Assembly: GCF_001194135.2 (NCBI RefSeq)
Contig: NC_068989.1
Span: 47,514,640-47,578,639 of the forward strand
Origin: Octopus bimaculoides
Taxonomy: Eukaryota
Direction: 5' to 3'
DNA: 64,000 nucleotides
A model generated the notes under the pieces. The model had not been told where the DNA came from. It saw nothing but the letters and a program-made list of their open reading frames with translations, and did not search any database. Shown here piece after piece: positions 63,721-64,000 of this stretch. The position numbers were made by a program, and so were the translations under genes. Within the stretch, counting starts at the first letter, position 1, and each line of letters begins with the position of its first letter.

Positions 63721-64000
63721 AGTTCTACCTTCCAGCATAGAAAGCTTTGTATGTGTTAATGCATAAACTTTAGTGGCCAAAAGTATTCCCATCGATAAAT
63801 TCCATCTGATTTGAACTGATTATATTAAAATAAAAAGAAACAAGTGTATATGATATAAGCAAAAACAAAAAATGCAAATAGAAAACTAAAACAAACAAAA
63901 ATAAAGCCAATAAACCGACCTCGACTAAACACTCAGAGACTGTTATCATACCATATTTAGTATCTAATTAGTATCTATTTTTAATAAACAGAAGGAAAGA

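Overview
AT-rich eukaryotic window with 20 assembly N-gaps, nearly all bordered by microsatellites. I recognise no intact protein-coding gene, RNA gene or CRISPR array. It reads as a repeat-saturated intron or intergenic tract. The repeat families and microsatellite load resemble an Octopus (coleoid cephalopod) assembly; this is an inference from recalled repeat sequences and is not verified. Contents: five tRNA-headed SINE families (my labels: A = bipartite SINE with an internal microsatellite; B = about 200-bp SINE with a CCTTTCATCCTTTCGGGGTCGATAAA core; C = about 385-bp SINE; D = SINE with internal (AAT)n and a hammerhead-like tail; E = V/CORE-like SINE). Also present: four fragments of an R4/Dong-type (restriction-like endonuclease) LINE, a CR1/L2-type LINE 3' end, three Tc1 and two mariner remnants, a Helitron helicase remnant, MITEs, and an unclassified 2-kb TIR element. 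Best leads: (1) four Penelope-type minimal hammerhead-ribozyme motifs in unrelated repeats, one forming the tail of a tRNA-SINE; (2) a 3' tail shared by SINE A and an adjacent CR1-type LINE; (3) repeated local templated insertions and long inverted repeats; (4) the unclassified 21-bp-TIR element at 60441-62500. All alignments and folds were done by eye, so repeat boundaries are approximate.
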